DNA from: Planctomycetota bacterium
GTDB taxonomy: Bacteria > Planctomycetota > GCA-002687715 > CAIWVZ01
Length of the DNA: 64,000 nt
Assembly: GCA_044222185.1 (NCBI GenBank)
Contig: JBGANV010000001.1
Span: 1,376,001 to 1,440,000, forward strand
Reading direction: 5' to 3'
The number at the start of each line of letters is the position of its first letter. The first letter of the stretch is position 1. Position numbers and translations under genes: made by a program. The notes below the pieces were generated by a model. It saw nothing but the letters and a program-made list of their open reading frames with translations, did not search any database and had not been told where the DNA came from. Shown here piece by piece: positions 1-8,695 of the stretch.

Positions 1-2162
1 GTGTCCCAGGCGCCGTTCGCCGGATCGGTGCAGAGCCCGCCATCGAGCGTCAGCGGCGTGACCTGTGCGGCCTGCGTGTTGACGCTCACCAGATTCACCG
101 ACCGCGTTCCGTTGGGACGCACGATGTCGATGTTCAACCCGTCGATGTACGGCGCGGCACTGGTCGTCGTCTCGGCCGCGTAGAAATCCCAGTCGAACTG
201 GATCGCCTCCGCTCCGACCGGGATCGAGATCCAGACCTGATTCGCGGTAGCGTTCGCGCCGGTGAGCGGGAGTGGCATGAGGTTGCTCGCCGGTGGCGTG
301 ATCGATCCACCGTTCGCGGCCACGCGAAGGTAGCGATTCCCGGCCGTCGGCATGCCGAGCCCGTTCGCACGATCGACCGTGGCTTTGTTGTTCGAGGCGG
401 CGCCGGCGCCGTTCCACGAGGCGTTGTCGAGGCCGATGGCCCCGAAGGCCGGGTTCAGCGGCGTCGGCACCGTGTAGGTGCACGGCGTCTGGCCTTCGAA
501 ACTCACGGAGTCGTTTGCGACCGCGAAGCTGTCGAGCACGAACTCGCTCGGGTAGCTGTCATCACCGCCATTCCAGACGGTGATCGCGAGGTAGAGGTAC
601 TGCGCGCCATCGGGCAGATCGGCGGCGAACCACTGCGGCCCGTTGTTGAACGTGTCCTGACCGCCGTAGCCGTAGGTGCTCCGCGTCTGCGTCGCGCCAC
701 TCGGTGAGGTCGGCGCCGCCGTGTCGCCGCGCAAGAGGTTCCGCACCCGGTTTCCGGCTGCGTCCACGAGGTCGACGGAGAACCCGTCGTTGTAGGAGAC
801 GCTGTTCTGGGCTTCGTTCCGATACCAATCCCAGGCGAAGCCGAGCGTGCGGCCGATCGGCATCCGCAGGATCGCCTGGTTGGCGGTCGCGGCTGCGCCA
901 GGCAACGAGACGGTGCCGCCGAGCGGAAGGTTGATCGTTCCGCGACCCGGGATCCGAAGGTACTGGGAGCCGGTCGTCGGCATGCCGAGCCCGTTGGCGT
1001 AGTCGACGGTGATCTGCCGGTCGGGGGCCGCGCCAGCGTTCACCGAGACGAACTCGGGGTCGCCCGTCGCATGCGCCGGTGACGGGAAGGTGTAGGTGCC
1101 GCGCGGTCCCTGGCTGTCGAAGTCCGTGATGGCGTAGGCGCCGGCGCTCATGGGGGTCCCGATGTGGACGAGCGCCCAGTTCGAGAGGCCGCCGGCCGGC
1201 GCCGGGTTGTCGACTTCGACGATGAGGTGCTGCGCGCCGGGATAGTTGGCCGGGTTGATCGTCGCGTTCAACGTCGTCGGATCGACGAAAACGGTCGGCA
1301 CCGCGACTCCGTTCACCTTCACGACGGATCCTTGGACACCACTCGACGTGGGCGATCCCGCGAAGAAGCGGCGGCCGATGATCTCGATGACGTTCGCGCC
1401 AGGCTGGAGGAAGCCGTTGTTCACCTGCAGGATCTGCGGCGCCTTCGCCACTCCGTATCGAGCCTGCATCCCCTGGGCGTCGAGGGTCGTCATGTAGTTG
1501 CGCTGCCCGATCTGCGACTGAAATGACGTGTACGGCGGGAGCAGCGTGATCGTCGGCTGCCCGTTGTTCGAGAACGCCGTCGCGCCGTAGTGCATGATCG
1601 ACAGCGGGTCATAGGCCGTGGCGTTCACCGAGTTCGTGTCGATGGCGAAGTTGGCCGCGGCACCGGCCGTGATGTTGGCCGTGTTGATCGTCATGTACGT
1701 GTTGCGGTCCGACCGCGACTGCTCGTGCAAGAGCCCGAGTGTGTGCCCCAGTTCGTGGCAGATGACGTACTTGGTCGTCCAGCAGATCATGGTGAGGTTC
1801 TGCTGACCGCCGATCATCCCGACCTGCGAACCACCGCAGCTCGTGGTGGCGTTCGAGCTGAGGATGTGCAGGAAGTTGGTCTCCGTCGTCTTCGGGACGA
1901 ACGTCACGTTCGCGACGGCCGACCATTCGGCCATGGCGACGAGCGCCAGTCCGCGGTTGGTCGTGGAGACGTTGGCGTCGAATTCATAGGGAACGACGCC
2001 GCCCGGCCACTTCGGCCCGCCGAAGCTCGAGTCTCCCAGCGGGACGATCATGTCGTCCAGGAGCGTGTAGCCTGGCGGAACCTCGATCTCCTCCTGGGCG
2101 AATGAAATGCCGCAACTCAGGGCGGCGACGACGAACAGCGCAACGACCGGGCGCAGAACCAT
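1..2162 (-). CDS. Secreted astacin-family (M12A) zinc metalloprotease with IPT-like and duplicated C-terminal beta-domains; runs off the left edge (3' partial)
   Basis: Not in the ORF track. Hand translation from ATG 2162 (GGAGA upstream) gives signal peptide MVLRPVVALFVVAALSCGISFA, then KWPGGVVPY, zinc motif HELGHTLGLLHEQSRSDR (from 1757 downward) and Met-turn YDPLSIMHY. The frame stays open to position 1. Confidence 0.92.
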   Translation of the reverse strand, partial: MVLRPVVALFVVAALSCGISFAQEEIEVPPGYTLLDDMIVPLGDSSFGGPKWPGGVVPYEFDANVSTTNRGLALVAMAEWSAVANVTFVPKTTETNFLHILSSNATTSCGGSQVGMIGGQQNLTMICWTTKYVICHELGHTLGLLHEQSRSDRNTYMTINTANITAGAAANFAIDTNSVNATAYDPLSIMHYGATAFSNNGQPTITLLPPYTSFQSQIGQRNYMTTLDAQGMQARYGVAKAPQILQVNNGFLQPGANVIEIIGRRFFAGSPTSSGVQGSVVKVNGVAVPTVFVDPTTLNATINPANYPGAQHLIVEVDNPAPAGGLSNWALVHIGTPMSAGAYAITDFDSQGPRGTYTFPSPAHATGDPEFVSVNAGAAPDRQITVDYANGLGMPTTGSQYLRIPGRGTINLPLGGTVSLPGAAATANQAILRMPIGRTLGFAWDWYRNEAQNSVSYNDGFSVDLVDAAGNRVRNLLRGDTAAPTSPSGATQTRSTYGYGGQDTFNNGPQWFAADLPDGAQYLYLAITVWNGGDDSYPSEFVLDSFAVANDSVSFEGQTPCTYTVPTPLNPAFGAIGLDNASWNGAGAASNNKATVDRANGLGMPTAGNRYLRVAANGGSITPPASNLMPLPLTGANATANQVWISIPVGAEAIQFDWDFYAAETTTSAAPYIDGLNIDIVRPNGTRSVNLVSVNTQAAQVTPLTLDGGLCTDPANGAWD

Positions 2163-2279
2163 GGGGTGTCTCCATGAGGCGGGAATTCAGCCTCGCGGAG
2201 ACACAGAGACTCGAGGAGCCGATCGTCCACGGATTTTTTTTTCGGAGCCCCACCACCCCCAGGCCGGGGTCCCCCGCGC

Positions 2280-3479
2280 CTACCGGTCCCGAAAGATCGG
2301 AAGGGGTGAGAACTGCCCCGAGAGGACTCCCGGAGACGCCACGCCGAGCCACCCGTCGAGGATCGATGCGTACAGGCGCCGGAAATCGGTCGTGACCGCG
2401 AGGTCGCCGTCCTCGAGCGCGTCCAGGCTCGGCGCGTCGCCCACGAGGCCGCCCTTGACCCGACCGCCCACCACCCACGCGATGCTGGCCGAGCCGTGGT
2501 CCGTTCCGCGCGTCCCGTTCTCCCCCACGCGCCGACCGAATTCGGAGAAGACGAGGACGGCCACACGGCCCCACAGGCCGGCAGCCACCATGGAATCGCG
2601 GAAACCCGAGATCGATGTGGCGAGCTCGCGCAGCAGGCCCGGATGTATGAACGCCTGGTCGCTGTGCGTGTCGAACGACCCGTTGGACAGCGCGCCCTGG
2701 CTTCCGTGCTCGAGGTAGTAGACCCGCGCACCACAGTCGGCGCGGATCAGTCGGCCCACGATGTCGAGGTCGTGGGCCAGTCCCTCCAGCCGTGGCTCGG
2801 TGCGATCGCGCCGCACCGACTCGAGCCGTGCACCCTTGTCCAGAGTCTCGACGGTCACGCGTTTGACGAACGTCGACAGGTCGCTTCCCGCAACGTCCAG
2901 GTCCGGACGCGAGGGCGCGATCGCCAGAGCGAGGTCGTCGAGCTTGGAGATGGAAATGGGCATGGCACGGATCCCCGCCAGTGCGGGAGGTGTCGTCCCC
3001 TGACCGACGTAGACGAGGTCGCGACCCGGGCCCGCGGCCCCCGACGCCATCGCGGCAGCGAGCCAGCCGGCGTCGCGAACGCTCGACGATTCGACGCGGG
3101 CGGTGTGCCACGTGGCCATGCTCCGGAAATGCGAGCGGTCGTGGTTCGGCACACCCACGCCGCGGACGATCGCGACCTCGCCCTTGTCGAAGATCTCCGC
3201 GAGCGGTTTGAGTGACGGGTGCCACCCGAGATCGTCGTCGATCCGCAGAACGGACTTCTCCGGGATCGCGAGCGTCGGGCGCGACCGCCGATACACGTCG
3301 TGTCGGCTGGGAACGACGGCATTCAGTCCATCGTTGCCGCCATCGAGCTGGATGACGACCAGGGCGGGCTGATCGGCGCCGGGCGCGAGTGAAGTTCCGA
3401 CCTTGGACAGGAACGACGGAACGCGGGAGCCGATCGATGCGAGCACCGCGCCTTTCAGGAACGAACGTCTGGTGAACAT
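2280..3479 (-). CDS. DUF1501 family protein, Tat-exported
   Basis: Tat motif MFTRRSFLKG; LVVIQLDGGNDGLN, RSHFRSM, FDTHSDQ, FSEFGRRVGENGTRGTDHG, DFRRLYASIL. Start trimmed to ATG 3479. Confidence 0.9.
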   Translation of the reverse strand: MFTRRSFLKGAVLASIGSRVPSFLSKVGTSLAPGADQPALVVIQLDGGNDGLNAVVPSRHDVYRRSRPTLAIPEKSVLRIDDDLGWHPSLKPLAEIFDKGEVAIVRGVGVPNHDRSHFRSMATWHTARVESSSVRDAGWLAAAMASGAAGPGRDLVYVGQGTTPPALAGIRAMPISISKLDDLALAIAPSRPDLDVAGSDLSTFVKRVTVETLDKGARLESVRRDRTEPRLEGLAHDLDIVGRLIRADCGARVYYLEHGSQGALSNGSFDTHSDQAFIHPGLLRELATSISGFRDSMVAAGLWGRVAVLVFSEFGRRVGENGTRGTDHGSASIAWVVGGRVKGGLVGDAPSLDALEDGDLAVTTDFRRLYASILDGWLGVASPGVLSGQFSPLPIFRDR

Positions 3480-3514
3480 CTGCAGGCCCTCCGATCCGAT
3501 GGCGACCAACCGGG

Positions 3515-4879
3515 CTATGACACCTGTGACCATGGCGAGGAGAAAACCAGCGACGCGGCACGCCGCATGGCAGCCGCTCCGTCGCCCGCGACGGCACCGG
3601 AGGCGGCGAGCCACGCCGCCTCCTCCCCACTCGGGTCCTCGCCACGCAGCGCACGAGTGAGTGCGACGGTCACGTCCTTGGGGCTCTTCATCGCGACTCC
3701 GGGGAAGCTCGCTCCCAGATCCAGTGGTGCGTCCGTCTTGAGGATCCGACCGTCCACGAGGTCGCTCGCGAAATTGATCCGCGCGGCCATGGACTGCGTG
3801 GAAAGCGACGCGCGTCCGAGCGGCCACCCCGCGACGTTCGGCGGCAGGAAGAGATCCTGGCCGACGCGCGGAAGGCGCCGCGCGATCTCCAACGTGCTGA
3901 CGCTCGCCGGCCCGAGGCCGAGAGGCTTCACCGATCCGACGAGGAACTCCACCGGGCCCACGACGCAGGCGTGCGCGTTGGCGTCGCTGAAGAACGCGTT
4001 GGACCTGAGGATCACCTCGATCGCACGTCCGACGTCCAGATCGTGGCTTGCGAGATAGGACGCGAGCGAGGCCCTCGCCGCGTCGGATACCACCGCCTCT
4101 CCCATGAAGTGCGCGATGAGCCGATCTGCGAGCCGTGGCGCGAGTGCGGGGTGCGCGAGCGCGATCTCGAGCACGTCCGGCATCCGAAATCGGCCTGACT
4201 TCCCCAGCACCGTCTTCGGGCCGTCGTCATGCACCGTGGGATCTTCGGCCGGAGGGCTGCCCTTGGCGCCCCAACCCGTCAACGCGCGCGCCGTCTCGCG
4301 GACGTCCGCCTCGGTGTAGTTGCCGACCCCGATCGTGAACAGCTCGAACAGCTCGCGTGCGAGATTCTCGTTGGGGCGGTCTTTCGTGTTCTCTCTTGCG
4401 TCGAGCCACTCGAGCAGAGCCGTGTCGCGCATCATGGCGTCGAGGAGCAGGCGAAACGGACCGCGTCCGAGCCTCCGCATCGTCTCGTTCTGCACCTGCA
4501 TGGCCATGAGCTTCTGGACCTTGGCCGCGCTCGTTGCGAACCAGTTGTGCCAGAACAGGGTCATTCGTTCCGCAAGCGGATGCGTTCCGAACAGCATGCG
4601 GTAGATCCACACGGCCTGGAGGCGCGGCAGATTCGCCGTGGTGACTGCGCCGTCGACGAGTCGCTGCATCAAGTCGATCGTCTCGGCCCTGGGTGGTCCG
4701 GTGCCGTTCAGGACACGCGCGATGGCCGCGTCGTGCCCATCGGCGACGTCGCGTTCCGCGACGGCAGCGGTCACACCGAACCCCGACCGCCGATGGAGGC
4801 GGACGACGCGCGCCAGGTTCCACGGTTGCTCAGCGTTCGGCGCGTACGGCTCCCAATGCTCGACGGGTGAAGAGATCAT
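3515..4879 (-). CDS. DUF1800 family protein
   Basis: ERMTLFWHNWFATS, PNENLARELFELFTIGVGNYTEADV, GQDLFLPPNVAGW; canonical pairing with the downstream DUF1501 gene. Confidence 0.92.
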   Translation of the reverse strand: MISSPVEHWEPYAPNAEQPWNLARVVRLHRRSGFGVTAAVAERDVADGHDAAIARVLNGTGPPRAETIDLMQRLVDGAVTTANLPRLQAVWIYRMLFGTHPLAERMTLFWHNWFATSAAKVQKLMAMQVQNETMRRLGRGPFRLLLDAMMRDTALLEWLDARENTKDRPNENLARELFELFTIGVGNYTEADVRETARALTGWGAKGSPPAEDPTVHDDGPKTVLGKSGRFRMPDVLEIALAHPALAPRLADRLIAHFMGEAVVSDAARASLASYLASHDLDVGRAIEVILRSNAFFSDANAHACVVGPVEFLVGSVKPLGLGPASVSTLEIARRLPRVGQDLFLPPNVAGWPLGRASLSTQSMAARINFASDLVDGRILKTDAPLDLGASFPGVAMKSPKDVTVALTRALRGEDPSGEEAAWLAASGAVAGDGAAAMRRAASLVFSSPWSQVS

Positions 4880-7800
4880 CGGCGCCTCCGCGGCGAATTG
4901 GAGACGTCGCCCGCGTCACGGGTCTCACCGGAGCGAACGAGGAAGCGTTCGCCGTAGAGCTCGTACACCACGTCCCCGACTGCGTCGAACTCGAACCGGC
5001 CGTCCGCGTCCGTCGTCCGCCACTCCTGGATGTGCATGTCCGGCGCCGCGTGGGCGCCGGATTTCAGCATCATCACGGGAATGTTCCACCCGGCGCAGGG
5101 GTTCTTCCGTTGATCCACGATCCGTCCGTGGATGCGACCGCAGGGATGGAGGACGAGGCGCGAAGGTTCGGTGGGCTCGTGGACGACCACGGTGGACCCG
5201 CCCAGGTGGCGCGCCGCATCCCGGACGATGATCTGTCGCTCCTCCCCCTTGGCGAGCCCGATGACGTCGAAGCCAGCTCCCGGAACGGCCTTGCTTCCAT
5301 AGAACAGCGGCGTCAGCCCGGTGACGAGCACGTCCGCCACGGCCGAACCGGCCTCGTCGACGACGTCGACTCGCTGCCGATTCCCGGGGTTCAGCTCGAT
5401 GGAGAGAACGACCGGAGCTGATCCCTGCGGAGGGTCCAACTTCACGATCGCGTGAGTCGTTCGAACGTCCATGGAGATCGCGTGCTCGCGGAGCCGACCA
5501 CCAGAATCGACGTCGTCTTCGAAATGCGACGGCACCTCGGTGACATAGGCATCCTCGAGCGCCACGACCGTGACGGCAGCTCGCCCGGCGACGCCGATCA
5601 CCTCGAAGTTGCCATCGAAGTCCGTCGAGAGAAGCCGGTACCCTCCGAAGTAGCCGGCCTCGCTGCCGAACCGCATGTCGCGTCGGTGCGGGTTCCCATC
5701 GAACGGCAGGTACTCGGCGCGAGCTCGAACGGGCTTGCCCGTCCCCTTCTCGACGACGCGGCCGCGGATCCGGACGCCACGTTCGAGCGACACGTCGATG
5801 CCGTCGCGTGGATCCGTGCTCCGATGGGCCAGGTCGCCGTCGCGCTGAACCCAATCCGTCCCCGGCGGCGGTATGAAGCGCACGACGCACGAATCCGTGC
5901 CCTCCGGGACACCATGGATGACGTAGTGCCCGGCCGCGTCCGTCTTCGCTTCGAAGTGAACGTCCGAGTTCGGACCATTCACGACGACCACACTGACGTC
6001 CGGAATCGGGTTGCCCGTCTTCGCCTCCGTCACCGTCCCGCGGAACGGTCGGACGGACGGAACCATGTGCGTGAAGACTGGCCCGTAGTGCTCGGCGGTC
6101 CCGTTCAAGGCCTCGGGCTGCATCATCATCGTGTCGGACATGGCAGCCTGGTAGCCGAGTCGCGTCGGTGTCGTGAGCGTCTTGTCCACGGTCACGAAGA
6201 AGCGACGGCACTCGGTTCCGGGAGCGTCGACGACCAACATGGCGCGGCGTCCACGACCGATCCCGCGGAGGACGAACCGACCGTCCGCATCCGTGACGGC
6301 CGATGGGATCACGGCGTCGAGCGACATCCCGAGGTGCAACGTCGACTCTGGAGCATCGACCCCAAAGCCGGCGGTGGGGGTTTCCGGCAAAGTGACCTCG
6401 ATGACGCGAACCCGTGCGCCCGCCCGTGGCAATCCCTCGATGTCGAGGATGCGCCCCTCGATCGGATCGTCGGCTGCGAGGAACTCGAAGTCGGCGCTGT
6501 TCCGGACCTCCGGATCGCGCACGTCACCGTACGCGATGGCGTGGCCGGGAGCGGTGGCACAGACCTTCAACCACTCGAGCGGATCCAGCGCCGCGCGTCC
6601 GTTCCGAATGGCACTGCGCGGGAGCTCGAGCCTGTACTGTCCGTGAGCGTCCGTGGTCGTGCGTCCGACGAGCCGCGTTGACGCGTAATCCGGCTCGAGC
6701 GCGAAGACCTCGGCGCCTGCGACTTCCGTACCGTCGGTCTCGCGAACGGTGCCCTGAAGCACGAATACCGGCTCGCTGGAGGGCACGTCGACGGCCGAAG
6801 CGACGAACGCGGTCCCCGTCGCGAGCGCGGTCACGAACGCCAGCGAAGCCATCACGCCGACGACGTGCCGCAGCCGCGGCGACGTCGAGAGCTCGCGGCC
6901 CCGATCGAGAAGACCGCGCACGCGCTCCTCGAGTCGCCAGCGGAGCGGGACGACGCCCATCGTCAGCGCCAACGGACGGACGTGTCCGAGCGACTGCGTC
7001 AGGTCGAGCAGCGTGCGCGCATACCCGGCTCCGGACGTCGCCTTGAGCACGAAGTTGTCGCAGGTCTCCTCGCGAGCCACGGCCAGGGCCCGGTTCATCA
7101 GGTGGATGAACGGGTGCGGCCAGAACACCGCGGCCACGATCCGCTGCGCGAAGCCCACGACGGGGTCCCGACGCATCACGTGGGCGCACTCGTGGAGCAG
7201 GACCTCGAGCCAGGCATTCGCCGAGAGTGTGCCGATGAGGGACTGCGGCACGATCACGGCGGCATTCGCGAGGCCGTGAACGAACGGGGCCCTCGTGTCC
7301 GTCGACACGAGGATCGGCGGAAGGTCCGTGCGGCCGAGACAGCTGCGAAGGCGTTCCAGCGGAAGGCCGTCGGCACTCGTCGCCGGACGTGCGGCGCTGC
7401 GAATCCTGCGTGACTGGCGGAAGCCGAATCCGAGTCGGATGAGTGCGATCGCCACGCCAGCGACCCAGACCCCGGCCATCACCACCTCGAGCGGACCGCG
7501 CCCGAGCGCTGCCGCGCCGCGAGCGCCGGGCACCGGCGATGTCGCAGGTTGGACCGCGTCCATTCGCACACACTCGTTCAGCGCGCGCGCAAAAGGCTCG
7601 TCGGTCACGGGCGGATCGCCGTCCGTGAACACCGCCGGTGTTCGCGGGTGGAATGGAAGCGAAGCTTCGGGCACTTGGGGCGACGGCGATCCGACGACGG
7701 CCGGCGCTTCGATCGCCACGCGGACCAGCGAGAGGTCGGCGTGGGCCATCGCCCAGACGAGCACCGGGACGAGGATCACTGCGCCCAACGATTGAACCCA

Positions 7801-7947
7801 GATGGAGGCCCGGAGCGCGGGTCGCCGCCGCGCGACGAGCGCGGCGGCAGCCGCCGCCACGAGGACGACGAGCGAGATGGCGACGACCATCCGCACGACG
7901 AGCCCGAGCGCGGACGACGTCAGGACCGAGTACGCGAGCGCGTTCAC
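4876..7947 (-). CDS. BlaR1/MecR1-like M56 metallopeptidase signal transducer with C-terminal carboxypeptidase-regulatory-like (Ig) domains
   Basis: N-terminal TM helices, LLHECAHVMRRD, FWPHP, REETCD; repeated G.V.D..G.P..GA.V and TDA.G.F motifs. GTG start at 7947 overlaps the repressor stop. Confidence 0.88.
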   Translation of the reverse strand: MNALAYSVLTSSALGLVVRMVVAISLVVLVAAAAAALVARRRPALRASIWVQSLGAVILVPVLVWAMAHADLSLVRVAIEAPAVVGSPSPQVPEASLPFHPRTPAVFTDGDPPVTDEPFARALNECVRMDAVQPATSPVPGARGAAALGRGPLEVVMAGVWVAGVAIALIRLGFGFRQSRRIRSAARPATSADGLPLERLRSCLGRTDLPPILVSTDTRAPFVHGLANAAVIVPQSLIGTLSANAWLEVLLHECAHVMRRDPVVGFAQRIVAAVFWPHPFIHLMNRALAVAREETCDNFVLKATSGAGYARTLLDLTQSLGHVRPLALTMGVVPLRWRLEERVRGLLDRGRELSTSPRLRHVVGVMASLAFVTALATGTAFVASAVDVPSSEPVFVLQGTVRETDGTEVAGAEVFALEPDYASTRLVGRTTTDAHGQYRLELPRSAIRNGRAALDPLEWLKVCATAPGHAIAYGDVRDPEVRNSADFEFLAADDPIEGRILDIEGLPRAGARVRVIEVTLPETPTAGFGVDAPESTLHLGMSLDAVIPSAVTDADGRFVLRGIGRGRRAMLVVDAPGTECRRFFVTVDKTLTTPTRLGYQAAMSDTMMMQPEALNGTAEHYGPVFTHMVPSVRPFRGTVTEAKTGNPIPDVSVVVVNGPNSDVHFEAKTDAAGHYVIHGVPEGTDSCVVRFIPPPGTDWVQRDGDLAHRSTDPRDGIDVSLERGVRIRGRVVEKGTGKPVRARAEYLPFDGNPHRRDMRFGSEAGYFGGYRLLSTDFDGNFEVIGVAGRAAVTVVALEDAYVTEVPSHFEDDVDSGGRLREHAISMDVRTTHAIVKLDPPQGSAPVVLSIELNPGNRQRVDVVDEAGSAVADVLVTGLTPLFYGSKAVPGAGFDVIGLAKGEERQIIVRDAARHLGGSTVVVHEPTEPSRLVLHPCGRIHGRIVDQRKNPCAGWNIPVMMLKSGAHAAPDMHIQEWRTTDADGRFEFDAVGDVVYELYGERFLVRSGETRDAGDVSNSPRRRR

Positions 7948-8363
7948 GGCCGTCCCTCCGACTTCGACCGCGCGGATCGCCCCTCGGCGTCCTCGATCAT
8001 GCGACGGATCCGCGCGGCCTCGTCGCTCTTCAGTCGCCGACCGTCGAGCAGCGCGAGGAGGAGGCCTTCCGTCGACCCCTTGAACGCCTTGTCGAGGACC
8101 CACCCCAGGAGGTTCTTGTGCGTCGTCGCCCGGGCTTCACTCGGCGAGTAGACGAATGAATTCCCGCTGCGGCGACGGGTCAGCCACCCCTTCTCTTCGA
8201 GCCGCGTCATCATCGTGAGCACCGTGTTGCGCGCGACGTCCCGACGTTTGCCGAGCGCCTGCCACACGTCCGCGACCCCCGCCTCGCCCATCTCCCAGAT
8301 CACGTCCATGATCTCGAGTTGCGCACCCGAAAGGACGTCCCGTGCCTTCTCGACCTTGCCCAT
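7944..8363 (-). CDS. BlaI/MecI/CopY family transcriptional repressor
   Basis: LSGAQLEIMDVIW, VARNTVLTMMTRLEEKGWL, FVYSP; directly upstream of the M56 gene. Confidence 0.93.
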   Translation of the reverse strand: MGKVEKARDVLSGAQLEIMDVIWEMGEAGVADVWQALGKRRDVARNTVLTMMTRLEEKGWLTRRRSGNSFVYSPSEARATTHKNLLGWVLDKAFKGSTEGLLLALLDGRRLKSDEAARIRRMIEDAEGRSARSKSEGRP

Positions 8364-8381
8364 GAGTGTCTCCGAGGATCC

Positions 8382-8418
8382 TGCCTACAGGCGTAGGCAC
8401 ATTTGACTACACCCGTAG
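8382..8418. promoter_or_regulatory. Tandem BlaI/CopY-type operator palindromes
   Basis: TGCCTAC-AGGC-GTAGGCA (8382-8399, perfect 7-bp arms) and CTAC-ACCC-GTAG (8407-8418). Both match TACA-NN-TGTA with one change and lie 19-55 nt upstream of the repressor ATG. A minus-strand TTGACT sits at 8425-8430. Confidence 0.75.
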
Positions 8419-8695
8419 GCACGCAGTCAAGCGAGGGTGAAAAAAATCTTCACTCCGATCGACGCGCCGCCCGGCCGCGGAGGTCCGGCCTCTCCTGACC
8501 CGTTCGGACGAGGGCGACGCACATCGGTCAGCCCCAACCAGGCGCCGGCGCGAGGGTCGCGGTCGCACGCGACCGCCTTCGTCGCATTCGACGCAGCGTC
8601 AGCGCCGGCGGCGGTCGCGGAACGGAGCCGAGCCGCCCGCCATCGTCCGGGAACGGATTGACGGGGGTCGGGATGAACTCCAATAGAGTGCACGC

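Noticed and set aside
4876-8363. Beta-lactam resistance locus
   Set aside because: No penicillin-binding sensor domain and no beta-lactamase or PBP gene adjacent.
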